Source: Camelus ferus
Lineage: Eukaryota
Assembly: GCF_009834535.1 (NCBI RefSeq)
Contig: NC_045697.1
Coordinates: forward strand, 75,952,001-76,016,000
Length of the DNA stretch: 64,000 bases
Reading direction: 5' to 3'
A model generated the notes under the pieces. It was not told the origin of the DNA and did not search any database. It saw nothing but the letters and a program-made list of their open reading frames with translations. The translations under genes were made by a program, and so were the position numbers. Below are positions 26,150 to 38,645 of the stretch, piece by piece (positions within the stretch are counted from its first letter, which is position 1; every line of letters starts with the position of its first letter).

Positions 26150-28500
26150 TAGACACAGAAGGACAAATAGAAAGTTCAAACTAATATGATAGAAATAAAT
26201 GAATAATTATATTAACTGTAAACGGACTGAACATACTGGCTAAGAGACTGATTGCCAGAATGGATTTTAAAAAATTCAAATATGTGTTGTTTTAAAAGAG
26301 ACATGTCCCACACACAAAAAAGAAACATACATACCCTAAACATAAGGGTACATTAAAGTTCAAAGTAAAAGAAAGGGAAAGATTATACCAAGAAAATACT
26401 TTAAAAAGAAAAGCTGATGTACTTTTGACAAAATATTCTTTAAATCAAGCTGCATTATTAAGAATAGGGAAGGCATTACATGATGATAAAAGGAGCCTTT
26501 TCTTTTTAACTAGGAATATAAAATAATTCTAAACTTAAATGTGCCTAATAATGTTGTCTAGCATAAATAGGTACCTAAAACATAGATAGACACATAGATA
26601 TAGATATAAATGTCTATATAGCTGTGATGGTTAGCTACACATAACAAAAACTTAGAGAACTACAAAAAGAAATTGACAAATGCACCATTATAGCAAAATA
26701 TTTTAACATAAGTGTTTGTATAGTTGAGAGATCAGGCAGATAAAAATTTGATAAGGATATAGAAGATTTGATTCCAACAATTATCACGCCTTCTCTGTTG
26801 GAAAGAGCACCCTATACCCAACAATTGCATATATAAAAACTCTTCTGAACTTTATTTGGAAATTTTATTAAAATTGATCACATACTAGGTTAAAAAGTCT
26901 CATCAGTGTCAAAAATCAGTATAAGCCAAGTTAACCGAGGTGGCAAAAGAGAATCAAAGCAGAAATAAAAAAATTTTTACTTAAAATGCACTGTAAATGC
27001 ACGCGTCAGTGCTTGCAGCCTGCAGCTGAAGTGGTACCCAGAGAAACTTGTAGAGCCTTAATTTATTCATCAGGATAAAGGCCTGGAAATTAGTGACTTA
27101 GATAGCCGATTTTATTTATCTGAAAAGAACAAAATAATAAACTTAAAGGAAAAAAGAAGAACATGCCGTTATAATTTTAGACAAATTCTTTCAGAGAGAA
27201 AGGATCATCATGGCTCATTTTAGGAGGACAGTATATCCAGAAAAGTACATTACGAGAAAGCAAATTTGTAGTCCACTCTCATATATTAATATGAATTTTA
27301 AAAAACTTAACATATTAGGAAACCAAATCCAACAATGTTTTTTAAAAGAGCATAGAAATACCATAACCAAAATTGGATTTATTCTTGGATTGCAAGTAAG
27401 TCCAATTATCATAGAGAAGGCAATTTTCAAACAAATCTATACATTAAATGCAATTCCAATCAAAATCTCAAAGGTGCTTTTGTAAAAGTAGAACTTGACA
27501 AGCTGATTAACAATTTTATAAAGCAATTTTATAAATATGAGTGAAGAACCAAGAGTAATCAAAAAGAATTTTGGAAAATAAGGTGGTGGTGGGGAATTCC
27601 CTATTCGATATTAAGACTTATTATAAAGTCTATTTATATCTTATTATAGAGTAACAGTAGTTAAGACAACGTGTTTTAAACACAGTGATAAATAAATAGA
27701 CCAGTATAGAATATAGCAGACTAGAAAACTTATCAACTGACCTGCCTGTGTATAGAAAACATACGACAGAGGCAGGGTTGTAAATCAGTGGGGAAAAGGA
27801 GAGGCTATTCCATAAATGGTGCTTGAACAATAGGTTTTCTAACTGGGGGGAAAGAGTGGATTCCTACCTCACAGTACATAGGAGTACCTAACATAAATAT
27901 GAATTCCAGGTAGATTACAGAGACTTAAAGTTGGAAAAGCAAAATTTTAAAACTTTACAAGAAAATATAGAATGTATTTATGAACTCATGGTAGGAAGAT
28001 ATTTCTAAATTAAAATATGCAGTACCAATCAGTAAGAAAAAGACTGATAAATGCAACTATCTTTGTATTTAAAGCTTGTTTATCAAATAATAGCATTAAA
28101 AAAAGTGAAAAAGCATTTCACATGATAGGAGATATCTGCTGTGCATCTAGAATATGTAAGAAAAAGAAAATCGCACAGTTAATAAGTGCAAATCACAAAA
28201 CAGGAAACCTGGTCAATAACCAGTCTGAGAAGCTGCTCCAACCCACTGGTAATAATCAGGGAAATTCAAATAAAAATCAGATGAGATACATTTCAGCCCT
28301 CTGATTGGCAAAACTAATGTTGACAACCACCAAGTGATGGCAGCTATTTGACAAGAGAACGTTCATTTACTTCTGGTGGGTACGCTTTTGGTGTATTCTC
28401 CACTTTGGAGAGTAATTTGACAGTGTCTAGTCACATTGAAGATGTACATATTTTATTACACATCAATCCACTCTTAGCAATGTCTTCAAAATTCCAAGAC
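26150..28500 (+). mobile_element. Highly decayed L1 ORF2 region in CYP2U1 intron 1
   Basis: A-rich. Remnants such as IYTLNAIPIKI (ORF 27210-27485), ctattccataaatggtgct and aatcagatgagatacatttc. Confidence 0.7.
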
Positions 28501-29653
28501 AGTGGGAAAGTTACAATATATACATTCTCTAAAAAATCTTTAGAAATTCTCCTCTGATGCATCCTTTCTCAGGAAACTGCTAGAGGATATGCTTCAGCAA
28601 AATAAGGGAATAAAATAAGAAAAAGACATAGAATCCAGAAAATGGATTCAACACAGGAGAGTCCAAAATTTTTCTAAAAATTTCTAAATTATGACAAATG
28701 GAAGTCACAAAACACCTGAACAACAGGCTTAGAAAACAACCACATCAGAATCTTGAGCAGAAGATTCCAGGCAGGAAGATGGAAGTGATAAATCATCCGA
28801 TACGTTTGACCATGTGGATGTTTATATTAAGAGTCATTTTATAGAGATATTAAAGATTGCAAGGAGACTTAATCACAGAGAGAGGTCTTTATTCTCAGCT
28901 GTATTCACATCATCCAAATGCCTGGCACATGGTAGGCACTCAGGAGTATTTGTTAAATGAATGAAGCATGTCCTTGAAGGTGGCAGAAAGGAAGTAGATG
29001 AACAATGGGAGAGAAGGGAGAGCTGGCAGAAACAATGACGGACATCATGGAAAACAGGAGGAAGAAGTAAGTGACTGGAAACAAGGAATATCTGAGAACA
29101 TTTGATACAACATCTGGGAGCACTTCTGTTGGGTTTGGTGGTGGAAGATGTATAACATAAATGAGAATCAAATAAGATGTAGCTGTGAACGACCTTGAGT
29201 TCAGATGCTTTTAAGTTAGGACTGTTTTCAGCTACAGACGTTTTAGATTATCTGCCAGGTATTCGATCCAAATTTTGATGGCTGGTGTCCTAATACAGTT
29301 GGGCTATTGATTTATTCAGCTAATATTTAACAAGCTCCTCCTTTCCATGCAGAACTATGCCAGAAGCTCGGGTTTAAATGATGAGTAAAATCAGATACTG
29401 TCCCTGCTCTCATGTGCAATCTGTTACTGTGTAATCTGTTTTTAGAATGTGGATGCATCTAGCCTGAAATCTGAATCCACCCTTATGAAAAAAAGATTTT
29501 GAAATTTACACTAACTCTCGAAATTGAAACTCATTGCTTTTCATTTCACCAGGAGTTAGTAGCTATAATAATAAACTTTATAGTAAAATTTCCTAATCAT
29601 ATTGGAGACGACCTTTGTTATTAGAAACAAACTTGATAACTATAGTTTGCTAA

Positions 29654-30454
<801 letters not shown>

Positions 30455-30906
30455 TAGATGTTTCCTTTATTCACGGCAAACCCAGTTTATTTAAATCAGG
30501 GTCAGCAACCTCAGTGATCCTGTGGCTCCTATCAATAAACAATATCTTTAGGCTGGAAAACAAAATGAAAATATTTGCATCTCATAAGGAACTGGTAAGG
30601 TGTTAACAGTGAAATTCCAAGATTCTAGACAATGGAACTAAAGTCACAGCTTGTCTGCACCTGCTTTAAATCTCTGCAGGTCAGATTCTGTGTGAAATCT
30701 ATAATGGAGAAAGACCTTTAGAGCTGAGAAGCCGAAGAGAATCATATGATCATCTGAACGCATTCATCTTGTTTTGAAAATGCAGAACAGAGTCCCAGAG
30801 ACATTCTGTGGTTTTCACAAGGTCACAGGGCTAGTTCCAGCACATCAATACCAAGAGGTAGTGAATGCCAGTGGAGTGCACAGAGGGAGAATACAGGGGG
30901 AATAGT

Positions 30907-31915
30907 GCATTAGTTTCCCATTGCTCATACAACAAACAGCCACACTCCTGGTGACTTAACACAAGTGTGTTATCTTACAACTCTATACATTAGAAGCCTG
31001 ACGAAGGTCTCACTGGGCTAAAATCAAGGTGTTGGTAGGGCTGCCTTCCTTTCTGGAGGCTCTGGAGGAGAATCTGTTTCTTGCTATTTCCAGCTTCTTT
31101 GGCTCATGGCCCCCTTCTTTCATCTTTGAAGCCAGCAATGTTGCATCTCTCTCTGACCGTTCTTTCATAATCACGCCTTCCTCTGACTCTAAATTCCACT
31201 GGGAAAAGTTCTCCAGCTTTAAAACCCATATAATTAGATTGAGCACATGCAGAATATCCAGGATAATCTCCCCATCTCAAAGTCCTTCATTTAATCACAT
31301 CTGCAAAGTCCCTTTTACCACATCAGGTAGCGTATTCACAGGTTCCAGGGGGTTACAGTGTAGACACACTTGAGGGACCAGGCGCTGCCTACTATAGATA
31401 GGATTGTGCCTACCAGTATTTGTTAAGTATTGCTGAGTAACAAATTATCCCCAACTTTAGCATCTTAAGACAACAACTACTTACTATCTCAAATAGTTTC
31501 TGAGGAATCAGGAATCTAGAAGCAGCTTAGCCTGGATGGTCTGGCTTAGGATTTCTCATGAAATTGTAATCAGGATGTTGCCTGGGGCTACAAACATCCA
31601 TGGAGTTGATTGTGACTGAAGGATCCTCTTCCAAGGTGGCTCAGCCACATGACTACTGGCTGCAGGCCTTGCCACTTGGACCTTTCCATAGGGCTGCTTG
31701 ACTTGGCATCTGCCTTTCCCCAGAGTGAACAAATGACCCAAGAAAGAGTGAGTGGCCAAGACAAACGCCACAGTGTCTTTTATAACCTAAGCTGAGACCT
31801 GTCATGCTGTTACTTCTCCTTTATTCTGTTGATCACATAGACCAATTTGGTACAAAGTGGGTGGGGTTGGTGCAAAGATGTGAACTCTAAGAGGTGAGGA
31901 TCTTGGGGGCCGTGT
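30907..31915. mobile_element. Two adjacent MaLR (MLT1-type) LTRs in CYP2U1 intron 2
   Basis: gggctaaaatcaaggtgttggtagggctg...ctggaggctct (30907-31396) and aaattatccccaactttagc...cttccaaggtggctca (about 31420-31915). Confidence 0.7.
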
Positions 31916-32190
31916 TGTCATATGAAAAGTCTTAGAGAGTCAGTCCAACATCCATGAGAGAATGATTCAGTGTTCCTGAATCCAGACGCCTTCTCCTTTG
32001 CCCCCTTCTATGTTCTGCAGTCTTCCTTCAAAATCCCAAGGGGTACAGGGCCCCTGGGACCAGCTGGCTCTTCTGGAATATCTGAGCAATGCTTGAGCTT
32101 CGCTGAGGCTGGCAGGCCTGTGCTGCTGACAGGAGGACAGTCTCAACTCTCTCCTGGCTTATCTTCTCACGCTTTCCTGTTTTTGTATAG

Positions 32191-32352
32191 AAAAGGTTCA
32201 TGAAGAAATCGAAAGGGTAATTGGTGCCGACCGCACCCCTTCCCTCACTGACAAGGCCCAGATGCCCTACACAGAAGCCACCATCATGGAGGTGCAGAGG
32301 CTGAATGCTGTGGTGCCGCTCTCCATTCCTCACATGACCTCAGAGAAAACAG
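32191..32352 (+). CDS. CYP2U1: CYP2U1 exon 3 (162 nt), GC donor
   Basis: Acceptor tttgtatag. Reads [12 protein letters not shown]...[13 protein letters not shown] (ExxR motif)...PHMTSEKT. Donor AG|GCAAGT at 32353. Confidence 0.95.
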
Positions 32353-33528
32353 GCAAGTCCAGGGTCTTCCTCCTGTGGACGCCCTTGAGGGAAGCCTTGC
32401 CCCTTAATCCAGAGGAGTTGAGATGAGGATGTGGTGACCATCACCTCACTTGGTCCTTCTGAGGGTTTGGCATTGTGGGTAGTCAGATGTCCGGGGCCTG
32501 CTTCAGCCTCAGTTGTCCCTGATCCGTGGCACTGGCGTGTTCCGGCACTGCCTCGTGGGTAAATAGCTCTATAGCCTTCAGAGTGTGCACACTTACACTG
32601 GTCAAACAGATTATGCCACCATTTAAGGTGGCTGTTTTGACAGAAAAGACCCCAGAATTAACGAAGGGCCCTCTCAGTCCTCCTGTTCTTGGAGGTCAGA
32701 AGGGTTAGTTCTAAATAAAGAATTAGGGATTTTAACTGGAAGTTGTCCTACTTCATTTCTTACAATTCTGAAACTGAAGCGTTAAGTATTAAAGAATTAG
32801 GTAAGAGCCCATCTGATTCTGAGGGCACGTGTTTCAGCCTCCCACCTATAGCATCCATGACATCTGGGCGCTCAGACCCTCTGTAAACATCCCTCGTAAC
32901 AAGGAATTTTCCTTCTGTGGAGTCAGCCCATGATGAAATGGGCTCAAATCTAGTTAGAATATGGTTGTAGGAGGCAGTCACTTTGAGTGACATTGGATTA
33001 CTTAATCTTTGGTGTAAATTAGATACATGGTGTGGCAGTATCTTTGGGGCATTGTTTTAAGTGCATGTGCACTTGGCAGCTGGTAAGAGCCAGCACTGAC
33101 TTCCCTGAACGCCCGTTTATCTTTACCTTTCTCGTTGTTCTGCTGTATGGACATAAAAGACTCCGTGAACTGTAAAATTTTATACAAGTATTAGGAATTT
33201 GTAATCCTTGGGAAAGTTTTTTGGAATGCCCTATGATTTCTGTTTGAGTGTTTTCTCTTGTCATATTTTTATGGTTTCATTTAATTCATTAACTCAGCAT
33301 CCATTGGAGCAACTCCTGTGCCCTGTCTCAGGCTGGGTCTTGGGGGGGATGTGGACAGGATACCAGTTGATAAGGTCTTGTCCCCGCCCTCAAGTACCTC
33401 AAAGTTTAGTCTCAGCAAATTAAGAAGCTAGATATGTAATTTTCTTTTTCTTTCAGATAGTGATATTAAAGAGTACTATTAGTAAAGGCATGTTGAATAA
33501 TACTGTGTTTTTTTGGGTTTTGTTTTAG

Positions 33529-33696
33529 TGCTCCAAGGGTATACCATTCCTAAAGGCACGATAATATTACCCAACTTGTGGTCAGTACATAGAGACCCCA
33601 CCGTTTGGGAGAAACCAGATGATTTCTACCCCAGTAGATTTCTGGATGATCAAGGACAAGTTATTAAAAAAGAAACATTTATTCCTTTTGGGATAG
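33529..33696 (+). CDS. CYP2U1: CYP2U1 exon 4 (168 nt)
   Basis: Acceptor ttttag. Reads [11 protein letters not shown]...[12 protein letters not shown] (PxRF motif)...FIPFGI. Donor GTCAGT. Confidence 0.97.
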
Positions 33697-33709
33697 GTCA
33701 GTTAAACTT

Positions 33710-34363
33710 TTCTTTTTCAGTTTTTTTATTGAAGTATAGTTGATTTATAATGTAAATTTCAGGTGTACAACAAAGTGATATATGTGTGTGTGTGTATATA
33801 TATATATATTCTTTTTCAGATTCTTTTCCATTATTGGTTATTATAAGATATTGAAAGTAGTTCCCCATGCTACGTATAGTATGTCCTGGTTATTTATTTT
33901 ATATATAGTATATATATATATGTTAATCCCAAACTCCTAATTTATCCCTCCCCTCCCTTTCACCTTTGGTAGCCAGGAGTTTGTTTTCTATGTCTGTGAC
34001 TCTATTTCTGATTTGTAAATAAGTTCACTTCTATCTTTTTTTAAGATTCCACATATAAGTGATATTTATCTTTGTCTGACTTACTTCACTTAACACGATA
34101 ATCTCTAGGTCCATCCATGTTGCTGCAAATGGCATTATTTCATTCTCTTTTATGGCAACTTTTCTTTTTTTAATATATTTTTATTGAAGTACAGCCAGTT
34201 TACAATGTGTCAGTTTCTGGTGTATAGCACAATACTTCAGTCACATAGGAACATACATACATTCGTTCTCAGATTCTTCATTATAGGTTACTACAAGACA
34301 TTGAATATGGTTCCCTGTGCTACACAGTATAAACTTGTTGTTTATCTATTTTATATATATTAG
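33710..34363 (-). mobile_element. Two stacked 5'-truncated L1 3' ends
   Basis: Two antisense tails beginning ttattgaagta... at about 33725 and 34180. The second is bounded by TSD tatggcaactt (34151-34161 and 34364-34374). Confidence 0.85.
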
Positions 34364-35104
34364 TATGGCAACTTCTATTTTCTTAATGGCATAATTTAAA
34401 AAGAAGTAGAACCAAAAGAATCTTTTATTATTTTAAGATACTATTTTTAAAATGTTTCTTTCTTGGCAAGCTAATATAAGAAATAATTTAGATAGTACAT
34501 CTCTACTGTGTTCATTTCAGATTTTAAAAACAAAATGGAAGCAATTGGTTTTAAATAATTAAATATGACTAGAAATCTTCCTTTCTGAGTTACCAGGTGA
34601 TTGTTTGAGTCCCAGGGAACTACTGGAGTTAAGAGTAGCTTTGACCTGTCAGGCTGGTGGGTGAGAAGGTGAGCTCTCCAATCTCACCAGTGCCTCCTTT
34701 AGGTTCCTAGATTAGGGTGTGTGTCTTCTTTCTACAGGAAGAGAATACTCCTGCTATTCTCATCTGATGTATTTTCTCTTTAGTCTTCCAGGCACGAGCA
34801 AGGAAAGAGATAAGTAGGTATGGAGGAGAGAAGGTAGCCCGCCTTATTGGATTGTCTCTAGTTCCTGTCTAGGATGAGGATAGATTTTTATGAGTAGGAG
34901 TTAAAATGTGCACTTGGTATGTGAAAATTAGGATCAGCATAGACTAGTGGGAAGTTGTGGGGTATATGTGTCCATTTTATTTCAAAACTCTCTGTGTCTG
35001 CTTTTAAAACACCCAGTTTAGGGACTTCATATAAATTTGTCCTTTTTGAGACAGAAAAAGGGATGCTGTTGTAATCCTTACCTTTTTTCTGATCTTGTTT
35101 GTAG

Positions 35105-35283
35105 GGAAGCGGGTGTGTATGGGAGAGCAACTGGCAAAGATGGAATTATTCCTGATGTTCGTGAGCCTAATGCAGAGTTTCACATTTGCTTTGCCTAAGG
35201 ACTCAAAGAAGCCAATTTTGACTGGAAAATATGGTCTGACTTTAGCCCCACATCCATTTAATATAATCATTTCAAAGAGATAA
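35105..35283 (+). CDS. CYP2U1: CYP2U1 exon 5 coding part (179 nt including TAA)
   Basis: Acceptor ttgtag. Completes the heme motif FGIG|KRVCMG (Cys codon 35116-35118). Exon sum 490+636+162+168+179 = 1635 nt = 544 aa plus stop, frame intact. Confidence 0.97.
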
Positions 35284-37450
35284 AATATAATAATTTCAAT
35301 CATTTCTTCTCTCCAAGAAGAGATGGTGCACAGAATGTAAATACATGTCCTTCTAAGCTGGTTCTTCCTCCTGTAATTGACAGCAGATCCAGCAACTCTG
35401 CAGATCTAGGTTAGGCTCAGATCAGAGGGAGACTGGAAAGAGGGTAGTGCGTGGGAGCGTCCATCTTGGAGGAATGATTCCTCAGCAGGATACTCCAGCC
35501 GTCTCAGTCATGCGTGTGACTCGGGGTGGGGACAAAGTCTAGGCCGGGGAAGCAGGGCATCTGGATTTTTATCCCCAGTGGCTTCCACCAGTGAGCATGT
35601 CCTTCTCAGCCCTCAGTGCCTCGGTCATTCCATGGGTAAAGTGAGGGTCACGAAAACTTGCCTTCTCTCTATATCTCAGCATGAATGAAGGTCAAACGCC
35701 CCATGTCTTTCCTGACATCACCAGAACACTGTTTGCTTCTGCAGGACAAATTCAGGAGAAGAAGGGAGACTACCTGTCTGAGACCCTTGATGGCATGAAA
35801 GTGGTATTCAGACCTGGATGCTTTGTCAGGGGAGAATGTGGGTTTAGGGGACCGTGAGTTAGAGCTTTTCTTGGCACAGATCATATGTCGGTTTTGGGAG
35901 GGCTCGTTCTGTTATCGTTATCTTTTTGTTTATGATTTTGGTTTTTACTTTTTGTAGACATGAGATGAAGTGGACCCCTGTTCAGTATATTGAGGAAAGG
36001 TTATTATGTGACTTATGTGCCTGTCTTCTATTTTAACTGCATGACCAGTGAGCCTGGCTGAAGAAGTGACTTCGTCACAGAATTCCTTTCTGCTGAGTTT
36101 ACTGCAGTGATGGACCTCTAGCTTTTGATTTGAGCTTTGAATAGTGAGCTGGGGAATTTTGACACTTGGGATTCATTAGGAAAGGATTCAAACTGTACCG
36201 AACATTCCTTCCCTGTTCTCTGCCACCAGGCCTAGTGTATCTCATCCCTGAAGACTCTTAAAGACAGGAAGGCATTCTTATTCGTATTAAGAGCACTAAA
36301 TGATTTCTTAATAAATAAGCTCCCTCTAAAAGAGCAGTTCTCACAAAAGGTAATGACCTTTCTCAGGGAGTGTTTGGAAGTATGTGGGTGTGTTTTTGAT
36401 TATCACAATGATGAGGGTGCTGTTGGCCTTTCTGCTGCCATGAGGCCAGGATGCTAAATGTCTGAGCAGTCCTAGACAATGAAGAACTGTCTCACCCAGT
36501 ATACCAGTATTTCCTCCAGTAAGGTCGTGCTCTGAAAACAGCCAGCCCTTTCCTTTATTCTTCTAGAATATTCCTTTTAGAGAAGGAATTGTGATAATAA
36601 CGTGAGCAACTATACTTCTGAGCCTTTCCTCATTGCTGGCACCATACTTAATGCTTTACTCGTGTGCTTACATGATTCTTATAGAAAGTCTAGTAAGAGG
36701 GTGCCATGGTGTAGCTGATGAAGCTGAGGCTTAGCGGAGTTAAGGCACGTGGTTGAGAAGCACCACTGTCTATTTCAGACCCACCAGTCTTTGTGACTGG
36801 AGAGTTCTTCCCGCACCACTTCTCTCTACTGCCACCCCCTGAGCTCAGCAGTCTCCCCCTCTGCATTTTCAATATAGATAAATGAGATACAGGCCAATCC
36901 TGAGGTGCCTTGAGGAGTTTTGTTAATTAATAAATGAAACGCCCAGGCACTGTAAGTGAATGGAGAGGTTGTTGTCTAGATCTTAGACAGATGGTGCCTG
37001 TGTGGATTACCCTGCGCCTTAGCAGGGCAGTCTGTCCTGATCTGGAATTTCATATGCTTTGGAATTGCACTAATAACTTTGCGTTAGCAAGTTTATTACT
37101 CCTCAATTTATATGTTTATTTTCATTACTCTTAACCAAACAATTGTAGCTAACTTGAGGAAAACAACTCTTCCGTGAGATTATGTTGAAATCAGATGTTT
37201 ATTAAACTTTTCAATATAATGCCTTAAAAACTGTAGCACTTTACAAACATCTCTATATAGCAAATCACTGAAAGGACGGTTAATGCTTTCTTTGTACATG
37301 TTGTTGTTTTACGATTTTGTACTTTATGATTTATTTGAAATATAAAAATAATAGTACTTCATTTTGTAAGTCTGCCTAATATCTACCTTTTAGTCATCTT
37401 TAGCATAATTTGTGATGCTTTTATTAAACTTTTAATTTTAAATGAGATAG
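35284..37450 (+). other. CYP2U1: CYP2U1 3'UTR (end approximate)
   Basis: AATAAA at 36310. ATTAAA at 37201 and about 37423, the latter followed by a GU/U-rich tract. Confidence 0.55.
36333..36540. mobile_element. hAT MITE relic (MER20-like) in the CYP2U1 3'UTR
   Basis: cagttctca...gtttttgattatcacaat...gaggccaggatgctaaatgtc...acaatgaagaactgtc. Confidence 0.55.
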
Positions 37451-37932
37451 TGTCATGTCTGGTTTTGGGGGTTTTGTTTTTGCTAAACAAAATTCTGTTT
37501 TGCCAGATATCAAGTTAGGAAATGGAAGAGGGAATAGCCCTCCAAAAAGAGCCACATGATATACAAGCATGATCTCTGCACAGGACGATAATTCTTTCAA
37601 TATACGCTCTCAGAGCACAGTTACTCTCAGGACTGTATCACAGCCCACGTTTCTTATTTCTCACATCAAAGCCCAGCATTATTTGAGGGAGTGATGAATC
37701 TACACAAGCCCATTGGGGCAATGTAGTCGAGTGCTTGTCTCTGCAACACTTCTTAGCTCAGGAAGAAGAGTTTTTTAAACACCTGAACCTATGGATTTTT
37801 CCTAGAGGTAAGCCGACTCCAGCTTGTTCCACGGCCCAGTCTTCCTCCTGCAGGTCACAGCTCAGAGGTCACCTCCTCAGGGCAGGCTTCCACTAACGCC
37901 TTATCTAAAGTGGCCTTTCCTGAGAACTCTCT

Positions 37933-38292
37933 GCTATAAACTGTTTGTGTCCCCCCAGAATTCATTTATTGAAACCTAGTCCCTAATGTGATAGTAGTTG
38001 GAGGTGGGACCTTTGGGAGATGATTGTCATAAGAGTTGAGCCTTCATAAATGGGATTAGGGTCCTTATAAAAGAGACCCCAGAGAGCTCCCTTGCCCTTT
38101 CTGCCTTTGTGAGAATGCAGTGTGAAGATGGCCACCCACGAACCAGGAAGTGGGCTCTCACAAGACGCTGAATCTGCTGACGCCTTGATTTTGGACTTCC
38201 GGCCTCCAGAATGGTGAGAAACAAACTTCTGTCATTTATAACATAGTTAGTCTATGATATTTTTGTTATAGTAGCCTAAATGGACTAAAACA
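37933..38292. mobile_element. MaLR (MLT1-type) solo LTR
   Basis: tgtttgtgtccccccagaattc...ggacttccggcctccagaatggtgagaaacaaacttctg...ttgttatagtagcc. Confidence 0.8.
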
Positions 38293-38373
38293 CCCCCTGA
38301 TTCGTCCAGTTTATTTCCTTTGGAGCCTCCCTCACATTCTACAGATACCTTTTTAATTTAAATCCTCGGTTTC

Positions 38374-38468
38374 TTTTTTTTTTTTTTTAGTTTTACTGCA
38401 GTTTATTTTTTTAATTAATTTTTTTATGGGAGGAGGTAATTAGGTTTATTTGTTTATCTTTAATGGAG
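38374..38468 (-). mobile_element. 3' tail of a Vic-1-like SINE plus poly(A)
   Basis: Minus strand reads ctccattaaagataaacaaataaacctaattacctcc, matching the tail of the SINE at 10830. It ends AATAAA, 13 nt, A15. Confidence 0.7.
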
Positions 38469-38635
38469 TTAATTTTTGTATATGATATAAAGTAAGGGTC
38501 TTTCTTTTTTTTTTGCATGTGGATAACAATTTCCCCAACACCATTTGTTGAAAAGACTGTCTTTGCCCCATTGAATGGTCTTGGTACCCTTGTCGAAAGT
38601 TATTTGACCATATATGTGAGGGTTTATTCCTGGGT
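38466..38635 (-). mobile_element. Internal L1 ORF2 fragment
   Basis: Minus strand reads aataaaccctcacatatatggtcaa...gacagtcttttcaacaaatggtgttgg...atacaaaaattaactc. Confidence 0.85.
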
Positions 38636-38645
38636 TGATACTATC

